This document shows, piece after piece, positions 51,733 to 61,824 of a stretch of DNA of 64,000 bases. The notes under the pieces were generated by a model. That model saw only the letters and a program-made list of their open reading frames with translations. It did no database searches and was not told the DNA's origin. The DNA lies in assembly GCA_965223795.1 (NCBI GenBank), contig CBDCXL010000002.1, positions 992,001-1,056,000 of the forward strand. The letters are read 5' to 3'. The stretch comes from Nitrospinales bacterium. Its GTDB lineage: Bacteria > Nitrospinota > Nitrospinia > Nitrospinales > VA-1. The position numbers were made by a program, and so were the translations under genes. Every line of letters begins with the position of its first letter. The stretch's first letter is position 1.

Positions 51733-52488
51733 ATGAAACGCTTTTTGAATATCGACAGCAGCACCCCGAGAAAGCCTGTGGGCCTGAAAGCGGCTCTGAT
51801 CGCCGCGGCCCTGATCGCAATGCCGCTCAGCGCCGACGCCCAGCAGGGCCAGAGCGTCTACGAGCAGAGCTACTCGACCCAGTACGGCAATCCGTACCAG
51901 CAGGAGTCGTTCCAGCAGAATCAGTTCTCCTACGGCGCGTTCCCGGAATCCCGAAGGCCGACCTTCAACCAGTTCTACGAAGCCCGGGAAAGTGCGCTGT
52001 TCAGCGAAGAAAAAAGGAAACAGGATAAAATCGACGACATGAACCGGGAGCTTCTGGAAAATCAGCTCAAGTTTGACCAGCAGAACTTCTTTGACCAGAA
52101 CCAGGGCGGCGGTTCCGGCGGTCAGGGTGGTCAAGGCGGTCAGGCAGGACCGGGTGGTTCGGCCGGCGGCCAGGGCGGCGGCGGATTTGGAGGCGGCGGC
52201 TTCGGCGGCGGTGGTGGTGGATTCATCGGCGGCGGCTTCGGCGGTGGATTCGGCGGCAGCCTGATTCAGGGAGACAACAACCAGATCATCGTGCAGACCG
52301 GCCAGGGCAACAGCAATCTCTCGCAGGACGGCGACGGCAATCTGGCTGAATCCAGCAACTCCGGCGGCGGCAGCGGCAGTGGCAGCGGCGGAAATTCGTC
52401 GGCGAGCGCGCAGGCGGGCGACGGCAACACCAGCTCGGTCTTCCAGAGCGGCGAAGGCAACAGCGCCGCGATCTCACAAGGCAACTGA
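51733..52488 (+). CDS. Secreted Q/Y-rich, Gly-rich protein with C-terminal curlin repeats
   Basis: Signal peptide ADA-Q; GGFGG linker; QDGDGN, QAGDGNTSSVFQSGEGNSAAISQGN. Confidence 0.8.
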   Translation: MKRFLNIDSSTPRKPVGLKAALIAAALIAMPLSADAQQGQSVYEQSYSTQYGNPYQQESFQQNQFSYGAFPESRRPTFNQFYEARESALFSEEKRKQDKIDDMNRELLENQLKFDQQNFFDQNQGGGSGGQGGQGGQAGPGGSAGGQGGGGFGGGGFGGGGGGFIGGGFGGGFGGSLIQGDNNQIIVQTGQGNSNLSQDGDGNLAESSNSGGGSGSGSGGNSSASAQAGDGNTSSVFQSGEGNSAAISQGN

Positions 52489-52658
52489 ACGCAACAAGGG
52501 GCTGCCCGGAAGGAATCACGGTTCCGCGCAGCCCCGATGGGGACAGCAAACCAGCGTTGCTCTTATGAACCGGGTGCAGCCGCTTGTGCCGGACGCAGCC
52601 TGTTTGACGGGCAACGTTACCCGATCAATCTTGCAGTTTCTCAATTGGAGAACCAACC

Positions 52659-53354
52659 ATGAATCGTTCGAGAAAGAATCGTCTTTTTAATGACAGAACG
52701 ACCGGCCGTCCTTCGCTGGCCCAATCCCTGCTGATCGCCGGCTCGCTTTTGCTGACACCGGCACTCTGCCTGGCGGACAGCGGCATGGAAGAGGACTACG
52801 GCTACCATCCTTACTTCAAGGAATTCGCGCAGGAAAATCCGCACCTGTTCCAGAACGTTCCGGAACATCTGCAGCAGTATCTGAACCTGCCTGAAACGGA
52901 AGCGCCGCAGATCGCGGACGGCGGCCAGGCGATGCGGGACGAAACGCGGGCAACGATCGAACAGCGGATGCAGGAAGCGCAGGAGCGCGTGCGCCGCATG
53001 ATGGAAGAGCAGCAGAAGCAGATGGAAGAACATCAGCAGCAGATGGAGTCCGAAAGCGGCGATCGGGCTGTCGTCATTCAGGACGAAAACAACAACTCCA
53101 AGGTCATTGTGCAGTCGGGCGAGAACAACCGCAAAAACCTGATTCAGAAGGGTGAGAACAATGAGATGGGTCTTTTCCAGAGCGGCAAGGACAACGAAGG
53201 CAACATCACCCAGTCGGGCAAAGACAACAAGGCAACGACCATGCAGTCCGGAAAGCACAACAAAAGCACGATCGTGCAGGGTGGTTCCGGCAACAGCGCC
53301 ACCATCATTCAGGGCAGCAGCTCCAACTCCGCCAGGATCAATCAGGGTGACTGA
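52659..53354 (+). CDS. Secreted protein with helical N-domain and 9 curlin half-repeats
   Basis: Signal peptide; EQRMQEAQERVRRMMEEQQ coil; QSGENN/QSGKDN repeats. Confidence 0.82.
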   Translation: MNRSRKNRLFNDRTTGRPSLAQSLLIAGSLLLTPALCLADSGMEEDYGYHPYFKEFAQENPHLFQNVPEHLQQYLNLPETEAPQIADGGQAMRDETRATIEQRMQEAQERVRRMMEEQQKQMEEHQQQMESESGDRAVVIQDENNNSKVIVQSGENNRKNLIQKGENNEMGLFQSGKDNEGNITQSGKDNKATTMQSGKHNKSTIVQGGSGNSATIIQGSSSNSARINQGD

Positions 53355-53820
53355 TTGACAAGGGGGTATTGCGCCGGAAAGGCTCAATAGGGGGACCCCC
53401 GGCGAAGGGAGCTGCTGCCACCGTGCAGGCAGGAAGCAAACAGTGGACCTTGCATTCCCTCACCTCCTCTCCCGAACGGGAGGGGAGGCTTCCTGTTTTT
53501 AAACACTTTCGATTTTCCGGTTCCCTGCCGGCCTGGCGCTGTGCTGGATTGCGTTTTCCGGCGCTGGCGGGTTCGCCTCCGATCCGGCCGGTCCGGCCTA
53601 GAGCATGCGTTGTTTTTCCGCACGCCCGGCACCTGTCGCTGCTGCTTTCGTGCCGCCTGGGTCCAGGGCAATAAATTTCGTGGCATTCCTCATTTAAATC
53701 AGAGACAATATATTAAATCGGAATACGGCCCCGAATGCAAATCCCGCCTTTACCCTTGATTTTTCAGGCTTTCCGGCGGGCATCGGGGAAAGCGCCACCC
53801 TCAAGATGGGAAGTGGAAGC

Positions 53821-54507
53821 ATGGTCTCGAAACACAATTTTCTGAAAGAAATCCCGATCTTTTCGGGTCTGACCGAAGAGCATCTGGACGAGCTCGCCAA
53901 CATTTCGATCGAGAAGACCTACCGGAAAAACCAGGTGATCTTCGATCAGGGGGATCCGGGAAACTCGCTCATCATCCTCAAATCGGGTCTGGTCAAAATC
54001 TCTCTGGTGGACTCGAACAATCACGAATTCATCATCAAAACGTTCGGGGAGTGCGATTTTTTCGGGGAAATGGCGCTCCTCGAAGGCGGGATGCGCAGCG
54101 CCACGGCCACGGCGGTGGAGGACACGAACACGATCATCATTTTCCGGGAGGATTTCATCCGCCTGATCCAGAAAACTCCGTCGTTCGCCATGAATATCCT
54201 GACGGAACTGGCGTACCGGCTGCGGCGCACGACGGAAAACCTCTCCAATCTCACTTTCTTCGACGCCTACGGCAAGGTGGCCCGCTGCCTTCTGGACCTG
54301 CAGGACAAGATCGGCCGGGAGGAAAACAACAGCACGGAACTCAACCTCAAGCTGTCCCGTCAGGAGCTCGCCAACATGGCGGGCCTTTCGCGCGAAACCT
54401 TCACACGCATCCTCAAGGAATTTCAGGTGCGCGGCTGCCTGGATGTGAAGGGCAAAAAGATCGTCATCCTCAACGAAAAGGTCCTGCGGCGCGAAATCAA
54501 AATCTGA
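53821..54507 (+). CDS. Crp/Fnr family regulator, cNMP-binding type
   Basis: FGEMALL...RSATA phosphate-binding cassette; LSRQELANMAGLSRETFTR HTH. Confidence 0.93.
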   Translation: MVSKHNFLKEIPIFSGLTEEHLDELANISIEKTYRKNQVIFDQGDPGNSLIILKSGLVKISLVDSNNHEFIIKTFGECDFFGEMALLEGGMRSATATAVEDTNTIIIFREDFIRLIQKTPSFAMNILTELAYRLRRTTENLSNLTFFDAYGKVARCLLDLQDKIGREENNSTELNLKLSRQELANMAGLSRETFTRILKEFQVRGCLDVKGKKIVILNEKVLRREIKI

Positions 54508-54510
54508 CCG

Positions 54511-54815
54511 GGCTTCCGCCCGGTGGGAACAGGTCCCACTTTTATTGCCTATCCAACGCTTTTGGCATACGTCGCACGTCCCCCTTGCGGGCGCAGCCTT
54601 TGGGCTTTCGCCCGCTGAGAACGGGTCACACATTTAACTCCCATCAACCCGTAACGGGCATACGTCGAACATTTTCTTTGCATTGGCAAGCACCAGGCTT
54701 CCACCCGGTAGGAACAGGTCCCACTTTTATTGCCTATCCAGCTCTTTTGGCATACGTCGCACGTCCCCCTTGCATGCGCAGTCTTTGCCCCTGGCTCCCG
54801 CCGGGTGGGAACAGG
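54511..54815. repeat. Non-coding tandem repeat, 3 units of 92-97 bp plus a partial
   Basis: Units start at 54511, 54603, 54696, 54793 with GGCTTCCGCCCGGTGGGAACAGG-like heads; GGCATACGTCG in all three full units. Confidence 0.85.
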
Positions 54816-54886
54816 AAAAACCGCTCACCCCGTTCTGGCCTTTTTGGGCACATTTTGCAATGCGATCTGTGCGTTGAAGACTGCGC

Positions 54887-57160
54887 TTATTTTGTGGTGA
54901 GTGGGAACACGCCGTCCCAGACTTCCGGCGGGGGATTCTTTTCAAATTCCTGGCAGCGTTTTTTCAGCGTCTGGGCGGGACCGTCCTCGGGAAACATCTC
55001 CAGCACTTTTTCGAAGTAAGGCAGCGCCTGCTGCCAGCGCCGGTTCTTGTAGTGGCGCAGCCCTTCGCCGAACACCGGCAGCATGTCGAGGACCCGCTCT
55101 TCCACGTTGCCGGCTTTTCCGATCAGCTCGTACACGTTCACCGGCGTGGCCCGCCCCATCACGCGGATGGAATCGAGTTCGCGCACCACGATGAAGTCCT
55201 TCGCCTGCTCATAGGTGCTCTCGCTGATGAGGCACTCGGTGCCGTATTCTTTGTTGGCCGCTTCCAGCCGGGCCGCAAGGTTCACCGAGTCGCCGTTCAT
55301 GCCGTAGTTCATGCGGTTTTTGGAACCCATGTTGCCCACGACCATGAGACCGGTGTTGATGCCGACGCGCATGTGCAGTTCGGGCTTGCCTTCCTGCCTC
55401 CATTCCTGTCTCAGTTCCGCCAGCCGTTCCTGCATTTCGATGCCCACCCAGCAGGCCCGCTTGGCGTGCTCGTCGAAATGCAGCGGCGCGCCGAAAAACG
55501 ACTTGATGGCGTCGCCGTCGTATTTGTCGAGTGTGCCTTCGTACTTGAAAAGGATGTTGGTCATTTCGGTCAGATAAGTGTTCAGATGGTTCACCAGGGC
55601 TTCCGGGCTGAGCTTTTCGGAAAAGCTGGTGAACCCGGCAATGTCGGTGAACAGCGCGGTCAGTTCTTTCTGTTCGCCACCCAGCTTGAGCTTGGTGGGG
55701 TCTTTGAGCAGCTGATCGATGACCGTCGAGGACAGGTATTTGCTGAACACGTTCTGCACGAACTGCTTCTGCTTGATCTCGGTGTTGTAGCGGTACAACA
55801 GCAGGGCGGCGAGGATCAGGGAGTTTTCCAGAAAGGGGTAGACGTCGGTGATCCAGAATTTTTTGTGCACGAACAGCCAGTGGCTGAAATAAAACTGTCC
55901 GGTGATCGTGACCAGCCAGGCGGGCAGTCCGTAGCCGGGGCGGATGCGGGAATACAGCCAGGTCAGAAAGAATCCCAGCACGATGAGATAGGCGCTGTCG
56001 GCCAGGTGAACCCAGTCGGGCTGGTAGAGCGAATTGTTGTGCAGCAGGTTGTCGATGACCGTGGCGTGGATCTCGACGCCCGGATACGCGGAATCGTACG
56101 GCGTCAGCTTGATGTTTTCCAGTCCGGGCGCGGTGGCGCCGATCAAAACGATTTTGTCTTTCAGGCTGCCTTCGGGAACCTCTTCGTAGCGGTCGTGGAT
56201 GATGTCGGTCAACGAATAGTGGGGAAAGGTTTTGCCCTTGCCCATGAAGTTGATCAGCGCCTCGCCTTTTTCGTTGGTGAGGATCTTGAGCGGCCTCTCG
56301 CCATCGAGCAGAACGGTCTCGACGCCGAACGCGCCGACACGGAACAGCAGGGTGCCGTCGAGGTATTTCTCCAAGATGCGCACGGCCAGCGGCGGGAAAT
56401 AATAATCCTGCCGGGTTCCGGAGTCGTGGTACTTCACGATGAGCGGAAGCTGCCGGATCGAGCGGTCGGATTCCACGTCGATGCTGATGAAGCCGACGTC
56501 CTTGACGGCCTTGGAGAGAACGGGAATATTCGATTCCACCGCGTAGGCGGAGCGGAAGTCGATGGCGGAAAGGTCGACCTCTTCATTGGACTTGATGAAC
56601 CCGACGAACTGGGCCGGTTTGATGTTGTTGAAAAAGCTGTGCATGGCGCTGGCCGACAGGTGGCCCACGCCTTCGGGATCGAAGTGGAAGAAGTAGCCAA
56701 GCACCGCCCGCCGCGATTTGCCCAGCACTTCGGCGAACTGGTTGTCGTAATCGGAGTCGTGGATGTAGCCTTCCAGGGTCTTGAGCACTCCCTTGTCGGT
56801 GTTCGGCCTGGCGTCGAGCTCCTGGTACAGTTTCCAGAGATTCTGGATTCCCGAACTGTCATCGGGAGATGAAAACACCATGTCGAACCCGATCACACGC
56901 ACGTCGCGCTCGACCAGCTTCTCCACGATTTCGGTCAGCTTGCTGCGGGGCCAGGGCCAGCGCCCCAGCTCGTCGATGCTTTTTTCGTCGATCGCGGCGA
57001 TCACCACTTCCGGGCCGGGCGGCAGGGGACCGCGCAATTGAAAATGCGTGTTTTGATACATCCGTTCGAAGGGACGCAGCAGGGACGGCAACAGCCAGTA
57101 AGACAACACCACCAGGGCGGTGATCCCGAATCCGATGATCCAAGGCGTCGACTTTTTCAT
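54887..57160 (-). CDS. CHASE2-domain class III adenylate/guanylate cyclase with C-terminal TPR
   Basis: IDEKSIDELGRWPWPR, PGVEIHATVIDN, TM helices, LFTDIAGFT, LDKYDGDA, GDSVNLAARLE. Confidence 0.94.
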   Translation of the reverse strand: MKKSTPWIIGFGITALVVLSYWLLPSLLRPFERMYQNTHFQLRGPLPPGPEVVIAAIDEKSIDELGRWPWPRSKLTEIVEKLVERDVRVIGFDMVFSSPDDSSGIQNLWKLYQELDARPNTDKGVLKTLEGYIHDSDYDNQFAEVLGKSRRAVLGYFFHFDPEGVGHLSASAMHSFFNNIKPAQFVGFIKSNEEVDLSAIDFRSAYAVESNIPVLSKAVKDVGFISIDVESDRSIRQLPLIVKYHDSGTRQDYYFPPLAVRILEKYLDGTLLFRVGAFGVETVLLDGERPLKILTNEKGEALINFMGKGKTFPHYSLTDIIHDRYEEVPEGSLKDKIVLIGATAPGLENIKLTPYDSAYPGVEIHATVIDNLLHNNSLYQPDWVHLADSAYLIVLGFFLTWLYSRIRPGYGLPAWLVTITGQFYFSHWLFVHKKFWITDVYPFLENSLILAALLLYRYNTEIKQKQFVQNVFSKYLSSTVIDQLLKDPTKLKLGGEQKELTALFTDIAGFTSFSEKLSPEALVNHLNTYLTEMTNILFKYEGTLDKYDGDAIKSFFGAPLHFDEHAKRACWVGIEMQERLAELRQEWRQEGKPELHMRVGINTGLMVVGNMGSKNRMNYGMNGDSVNLAARLEAANKEYGTECLISESTYEQAKDFIVVRELDSIRVMGRATPVNVYELIGKAGNVEERVLDMLPVFGEGLRHYKNRRWQQALPYFEKVLEMFPEDGPAQTLKKRCQEFEKNPPPEVWDGVFPLTTK

Positions 57161-57565
57161 GACAGAAAAAACGTGGATGGGCCCATCATTTGCACCTGTT
57201 CTGACTTTGATTGCGGATGTTCCCGGCAGTCGGCATTGGCAGCGCGCGCCTCTTTCGTTCGTGCGACAGGAATTCTTACCACACTGCTTTCAAGATGGGA
57301 CAGAAAAATCCGTGTGCCCATCAATCATTCGGATCCGATAAAGTCAAGCCTCAGATTATAAGAGGGTTGATTTAAAAACAAGAATTTAACCAAATTTTTT
57401 TACGGCCCCGCAGCGCCGCCCGTCCCGGTTTCGGGAAACGGATCAAATGCATTGAAATTCCAGCCCGACAGGCTAATGAGTTGATCCCTCTCCGTAAAAA
57501 TGTCATGATGATTCGATCGTTGCCTGCCCCAAGACGTGATTCTTTCATCGCACAGGAAACGGCCC

Positions 57566-59026
57566 ATGAATGCCTCCCAGCCAAATTCATGCACCGTCGT
57601 CAGGCGATACGGAGCCCGTACGATTCGGATCTGGTTCTTTTTCACCGTCCTTTTCGTTGCGGGAAGCGTGCTCGCCGTCGCTCAGGTGGAGAACATCTCG
57701 CGTGGAGAATTCATCGCCATCCTGGCGCGGCACCAGCCGGACAATCCCCTGCTCCCCAAAGACCACGCCAAACTCGCCGACGAAGCCCTTTATGCCCAAA
57801 CGGCCCTGAAATTGAAAAAAGCCGGATTCCCGGTTCTCGACGGCAAGGAGCAGAAAACCGTTTTGAAGGAAGCGGAGTACGTGACGCTGATCTACGCCTT
57901 CACGGGAGCGCCGTCGGGTAAAAGCCTGCTGGAGCAGAAGCTGTTCCTTAAGGATGCGGGGATCGTCGATTCGAAGGACATCGGTCTTGCGACCGGCGTG
58001 GAAGGCAAGGTGTACCAGACCTCGAAGGGAGACAATTTCAAACGGCGGACGCAGCTGGCTTCGCCGGTGTTTTTGAACGACCGCATCGACACCGCGGTGA
58101 ACTCCAAGGCCTCCTTCACGTTCGACGACGGCAGCACGCTGTCGCTGGCGGAAAACGCCAAGGTCAACATTTCCAAGCATATTTACGACCCGGAAAAGAA
58201 CAAGCGGCAGACGGTGATCAACGTCTCGCTGGGGGCGGTGCGCTTCGTCGTCACCAAAGCGAAAAAGGACAAGGGATCGTCGTTCCAGGTCGTCACGCCG
58301 GTGGGGATCGCCGGGGTCCGGGGCACGGAGTTCGTCGTCAGCGTGGATAAGGACGGCAAGACCACGTTCGTTGTTTTGGAAGGCACCATCGAAACGATGC
58401 CGGTGCTGCCGGACAAAAAGCTGGGCAAGCCGGTGGCGGTGACGCAGGGCGAGGTGCACCAGATCGACAAGGACGGCAAGACCACGGAAGTGAAACCCGC
58501 CAGCAAAGAACTTCTGCAGCAGGTCAAAAAGGAAACCTCTCCGCCGGCGACGGTGGACGTGTACCGGGGCATCACGCGCTCCATGGCCGTGGAGGCCGCC
58601 ATCGCCTCGAAAAAGTTCCGCCTCGCCAACAAGGGCAAGATTTTTCAGGACAGCGGCGATCCCGGAGATGGAAAAACAACGGGCCAACAGCCGGCCAAGT
58701 CCAGCCTGGCCTCGAAGACGCCGGCAACGCCGCAGCAGAACCTGCCGGCAAACGAAAAGAAAAAAGCCCCGGGCATGGTGTTTCAAAAATCGGCGGTGGA
58801 TGCGGCCCGCGAAATGGAAAACGCGCCTCAGGATGCGATGAAGGAAGCGCACCGGGCCGCGAAGGAAGCGGCGATCAAGGAAGTAAAAAAAGCCACGCTG
58901 GAAGAAGCCGCGAAGGAAGCCAAGGAAGAAGCGCGCAAGATGACGGTCCAGGAAGGCAAGAAGGCCGCGGACGAAGCGGCCAAACAGATGCTGCAGACTC
59001 CCGCGTCGCAATCCGCAACCCCCTGA
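57566..59026 (+). CDS. FecR-domain periplasmic protein
   Basis: Signal/TM; D.I.T...S.A...F.DGS.L.L.EN, F.V.TP.G.AGVRGTEF, V.EG; Ala/Lys/Glu-rich tail. Confidence 0.88.
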   Translation: MNASQPNSCTVVRRYGARTIRIWFFFTVLFVAGSVLAVAQVENISRGEFIAILARHQPDNPLLPKDHAKLADEALYAQTALKLKKAGFPVLDGKEQKTVLKEAEYVTLIYAFTGAPSGKSLLEQKLFLKDAGIVDSKDIGLATGVEGKVYQTSKGDNFKRRTQLASPVFLNDRIDTAVNSKASFTFDDGSTLSLAENAKVNISKHIYDPEKNKRQTVINVSLGAVRFVVTKAKKDKGSSFQVVTPVGIAGVRGTEFVVSVDKDGKTTFVVLEGTIETMPVLPDKKLGKPVAVTQGEVHQIDKDGKTTEVKPASKELLQQVKKETSPPATVDVYRGITRSMAVEAAIASKKFRLANKGKIFQDSGDPGDGKTTGQQPAKSSLASKTPATPQQNLPANEKKKAPGMVFQKSAVDAAREMENAPQDAMKEAHRAAKEAAIKEVKKATLEEAAKEAKEEARKMTVQEGKKAADEAAKQMLQTPASQSATP

Positions 59027-59403
59027 CCCCCTCCCCCTTGAAAGCCACTCAATCCGGCTCTGAGTTCGGCACAGAACGGTTCCCAATCCGTAAGCAAAGC
59101 CTGACCTCACTAAAGAAATCCGTGTGACTATTTTTTTTTATGCGTTCCCGGCCAGGCAGGGTTTTGCAATTGCCCCTCAGCAGGCGGCAAACAGCCGCTA
59201 TCGATTCTTCAAAGGCGGTGATGGGTGACACACTGCCGAAGTGCTTCTCTCATGCCCGGACAGGGCCTCACACGGGCCTGTCGATGCTTTCAACCAGACA
59301 GACGCATCGAAGTGCGCTTTTCTCCCTTGCGGGAAAGCGCGGCTCTATGCGCAATTTTTTTTGAGGGGTGGGTACTTGATGGAGGTGGACGGGCGCGCCC
59401 GCG

Positions 59404-60906
59404 TCACATGCGGAACTCGAAGCCCAACTGCAGGATGTTCTCGTCGAAGTTTGTGCTCGACAGGTTGGAGTCGCTGTTGATGTACTGGTAGTCCAGTTTA
59501 AGGTCGAGGCGCTTCATGATTTCCTGGGACAGCCCCATCTTCACGTAGAGCCGTTTGTCTTCGCGTTGTGCGCCGAGACCGGGGGTGATGTTGTCGTAAT
59601 CCCTGAGCTGGTATTCCACGGCCATGCCGAAGCGGGCCTGCCTCAGGACGGGCACTTTGTAGCGCACCGCGAACTGATGGCCCAGATAATCGAATTCCTC
59701 ATCCTTGGCGCTTTCCGACTCCAGCCGGTAGCCCATGGAGATGTAGGACTTGCGGTCTTTAAAGAACAGGAAGTGATCCAGGCCGACGCCGTGGTTCACC
59801 GCATCGCGTCGGTCGTCGGTGAAGTATTTCTTGTCCTGGAAGCTGTACTGGAAAAACGTGTAGGAATTGTTCAGCAGCGAAAGCCCGATTCCCGGATTGA
59901 TGTTGTGGATGCCCAGAAACCGGTCCTCATCCAGGGTGCTGACCGTGTAGCTGTAGTTGCTGTTGAAGTCGAACCGCCCGACCTTCCGGCCGCCGCCCAG
60001 GTTGAAGCGGTGCAGTTCCAGGTTCAAATCCTGACGGTCCTGATACAGCTGCTGGAACAGGCCGTAACCGGTCTCCGCACCGATGTCGCGGTTTTCGTAA
60101 TAGTCGTAGCTGCCTTTCAGGTCCGCGAGCCAGGAAATCTGTTTCGAAGACCCCGGCAGCACCGAATCGCGGTCTTCCACATCCACCGGGGTGTCGAGAA
60201 AGGAAAATCCGAAACTGGTGCCCAGTGTGCGGTGGCTGCTGCTTTCCACCGTGCGCTCCTGCAGGATGTCGAGAAACTGCTCGGAGTTTTTCGCGGTCTC
60301 GCTGCGGGGGTCGACGCGCATCGCCAGTGCAAAGGTGTCCCTGGCCTTGCGGCTCTCGCCCATTTTATGGTTGTTGAGTCCGATGTTGAACAGGGCCAGC
60401 TGGTTGAATTCGCGATCCTGTCCCATTGCCTGGCGGAAGAACGCGTTGGATGCGCCAAAGTCTTCCTTGCGCTGGTACAGAAGCCCCGAGAAAAAGTTCG
60501 CCGGGCTGTTGTCGGGCTCGTTTTTCAACACGCTGGAAAAATGATGCAGCGCGAGATTGTATTTTTTCAGGTTGTAGTAGGCGATGCCCAGGCTCAGGTG
60601 GGCTTCCGTGAAGTACGGATCGAGCTGGATGGCTTTGTTGAAATACTGGATGGCGCGGCTGTAGCGCTCGAGCTTGCTCAGCTTCAGGCCGATCTGGTAA
60701 TAGCCGAGGGGCGACGTGGGCACCTTGCGTTCCAGGCGCGCGACGCGTTCTCCGGAAACTTTCGCAACCGTTCCGACTTCCTTTTTTTGGTAGCTGGAAG
60801 CGAGGTCGAACTTTCCGGCCGCGGCTGTTGCGGGTCCCATCCACACGAACAGCGCCAGTAGCGAGCAGGGTATCCAGTGAATGTTTGATTTCAAGTGTCT
60901 AGCCAT
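59404..60906 (-). CDS. TPR + outer-membrane beta-barrel protein
   Basis: Signal peptide, several TPRs, aromatic-rich strands, REDKR...NSDSN...FDEN...GFEFRM C-terminus. Confidence 0.82.
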   Translation of the reverse strand: MARHLKSNIHWIPCSLLALFVWMGPATAAAGKFDLASSYQKKEVGTVAKVSGERVARLERKVPTSPLGYYQIGLKLSKLERYSRAIQYFNKAIQLDPYFTEAHLSLGIAYYNLKKYNLALHHFSSVLKNEPDNSPANFFSGLLYQRKEDFGASNAFFRQAMGQDREFNQLALFNIGLNNHKMGESRKARDTFALAMRVDPRSETAKNSEQFLDILQERTVESSSHRTLGTSFGFSFLDTPVDVEDRDSVLPGSSKQISWLADLKGSYDYYENRDIGAETGYGLFQQLYQDRQDLNLELHRFNLGGGRKVGRFDFNSNYSYTVSTLDEDRFLGIHNINPGIGLSLLNNSYTFFQYSFQDKKYFTDDRRDAVNHGVGLDHFLFFKDRKSYISMGYRLESESAKDEEFDYLGHQFAVRYKVPVLRQARFGMAVEYQLRDYDNITPGLGAQREDKRLYVKMGLSQEIMKRLDLKLDYQYINSDSNLSSTNFDENILQLGFEFRM

Positions 60907-61824
60907 CCGGTTGAGGCGGTGAGAGTGATCAAGAGCTGCCCCCCTGAATCGGTGAAATTATACCCGGTTTATCCTGAGATTCAACCTTTAACCACCCCTC
61001 TGATAACCCCCAATTATTCATAGCCTTGCAGACCGTTTTTTGAGGCCCCCGCGGCCGCCGGAAACGGCCGTGTTAAGAGGGCGGATATTGCGTTTCGGAG
61101 GCCCTATGCAAATGCTTGCAAAATCGGCGCGAACACGGCTTAAAGCCCCTGATTTCAAATGTTGTTTGAATCACACTTTTTTGTGACTCGCATCCTTGTC
61201 CTACCCCGTTCGAGGTACTATCTTAGGGCTACGATCGCATTGGGGCTTGGACAGAAAGCGCGATCGATTGGGAAACGACCTCGAAATTCCCGAAAGGGAT
61301 TGACGATACAAGGTCCGCCAGCAAAGTTTAATCTCCAAAACTTTGTTCTCCGGTTATTGACCAGATAACCTCCCTCCTTTTCCGGCCATTTGGTCAATAA
61401 CCGGGACGCGGACCTCACTTTTCAGGCGCCGCCCGGAGCCGAAGTCCCGCTCGCAGATGGGGCGCGGCCCGTAGCCGCCGGGGAATCCGTATTGGAGCGG
61501 CCTTCCCGGCAGGGAGCCGGGTCCCTTTTTGGACGCTCCGCAACGCTTATCTGCGCCGCCAGGATCCGATACTCGTTTCCTGAGCCGTCGCGCCGCACGG
61601 ATTGCGGGCCTAGACCGGGCCAGCATGAAATCACCGCCGCACCCCGCACCAAATCCATTGAACTATATAGATTTAGAGCAACGCTGCGCGGAAGGAAAAA
61701 CGCTGATTTCCGCGTATCCCTTTATTAATCATAACAAAAATATATAAAAATTATAACTAAAATCACCAAAACTGACAGAAGACTGTGCTAATATTGGTCC
61801 CATAATCAAATTCCGGAGGAGGCC

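Noticed and set aside
53369..53500. Possible cobalamin riboswitch upstream of crp
   Set aside because: Only a loose resemblance; the clear element is a CCTCCTCTCCC/GGGAGGGGAGG hairpin, better read as a terminator-like palindrome.
54511..54815. Possible CRISPR array
   Set aside because: The would-be spacers of units 1 and 3 are nearly identical, the unit is long, and no cas genes are present.
61400..61650. GC-rich intergenic stretch as RNase P RNA, tmRNA or riboswitch
   Set aside because: No diagnostic conserved motif recognised; needs an Rfam search.
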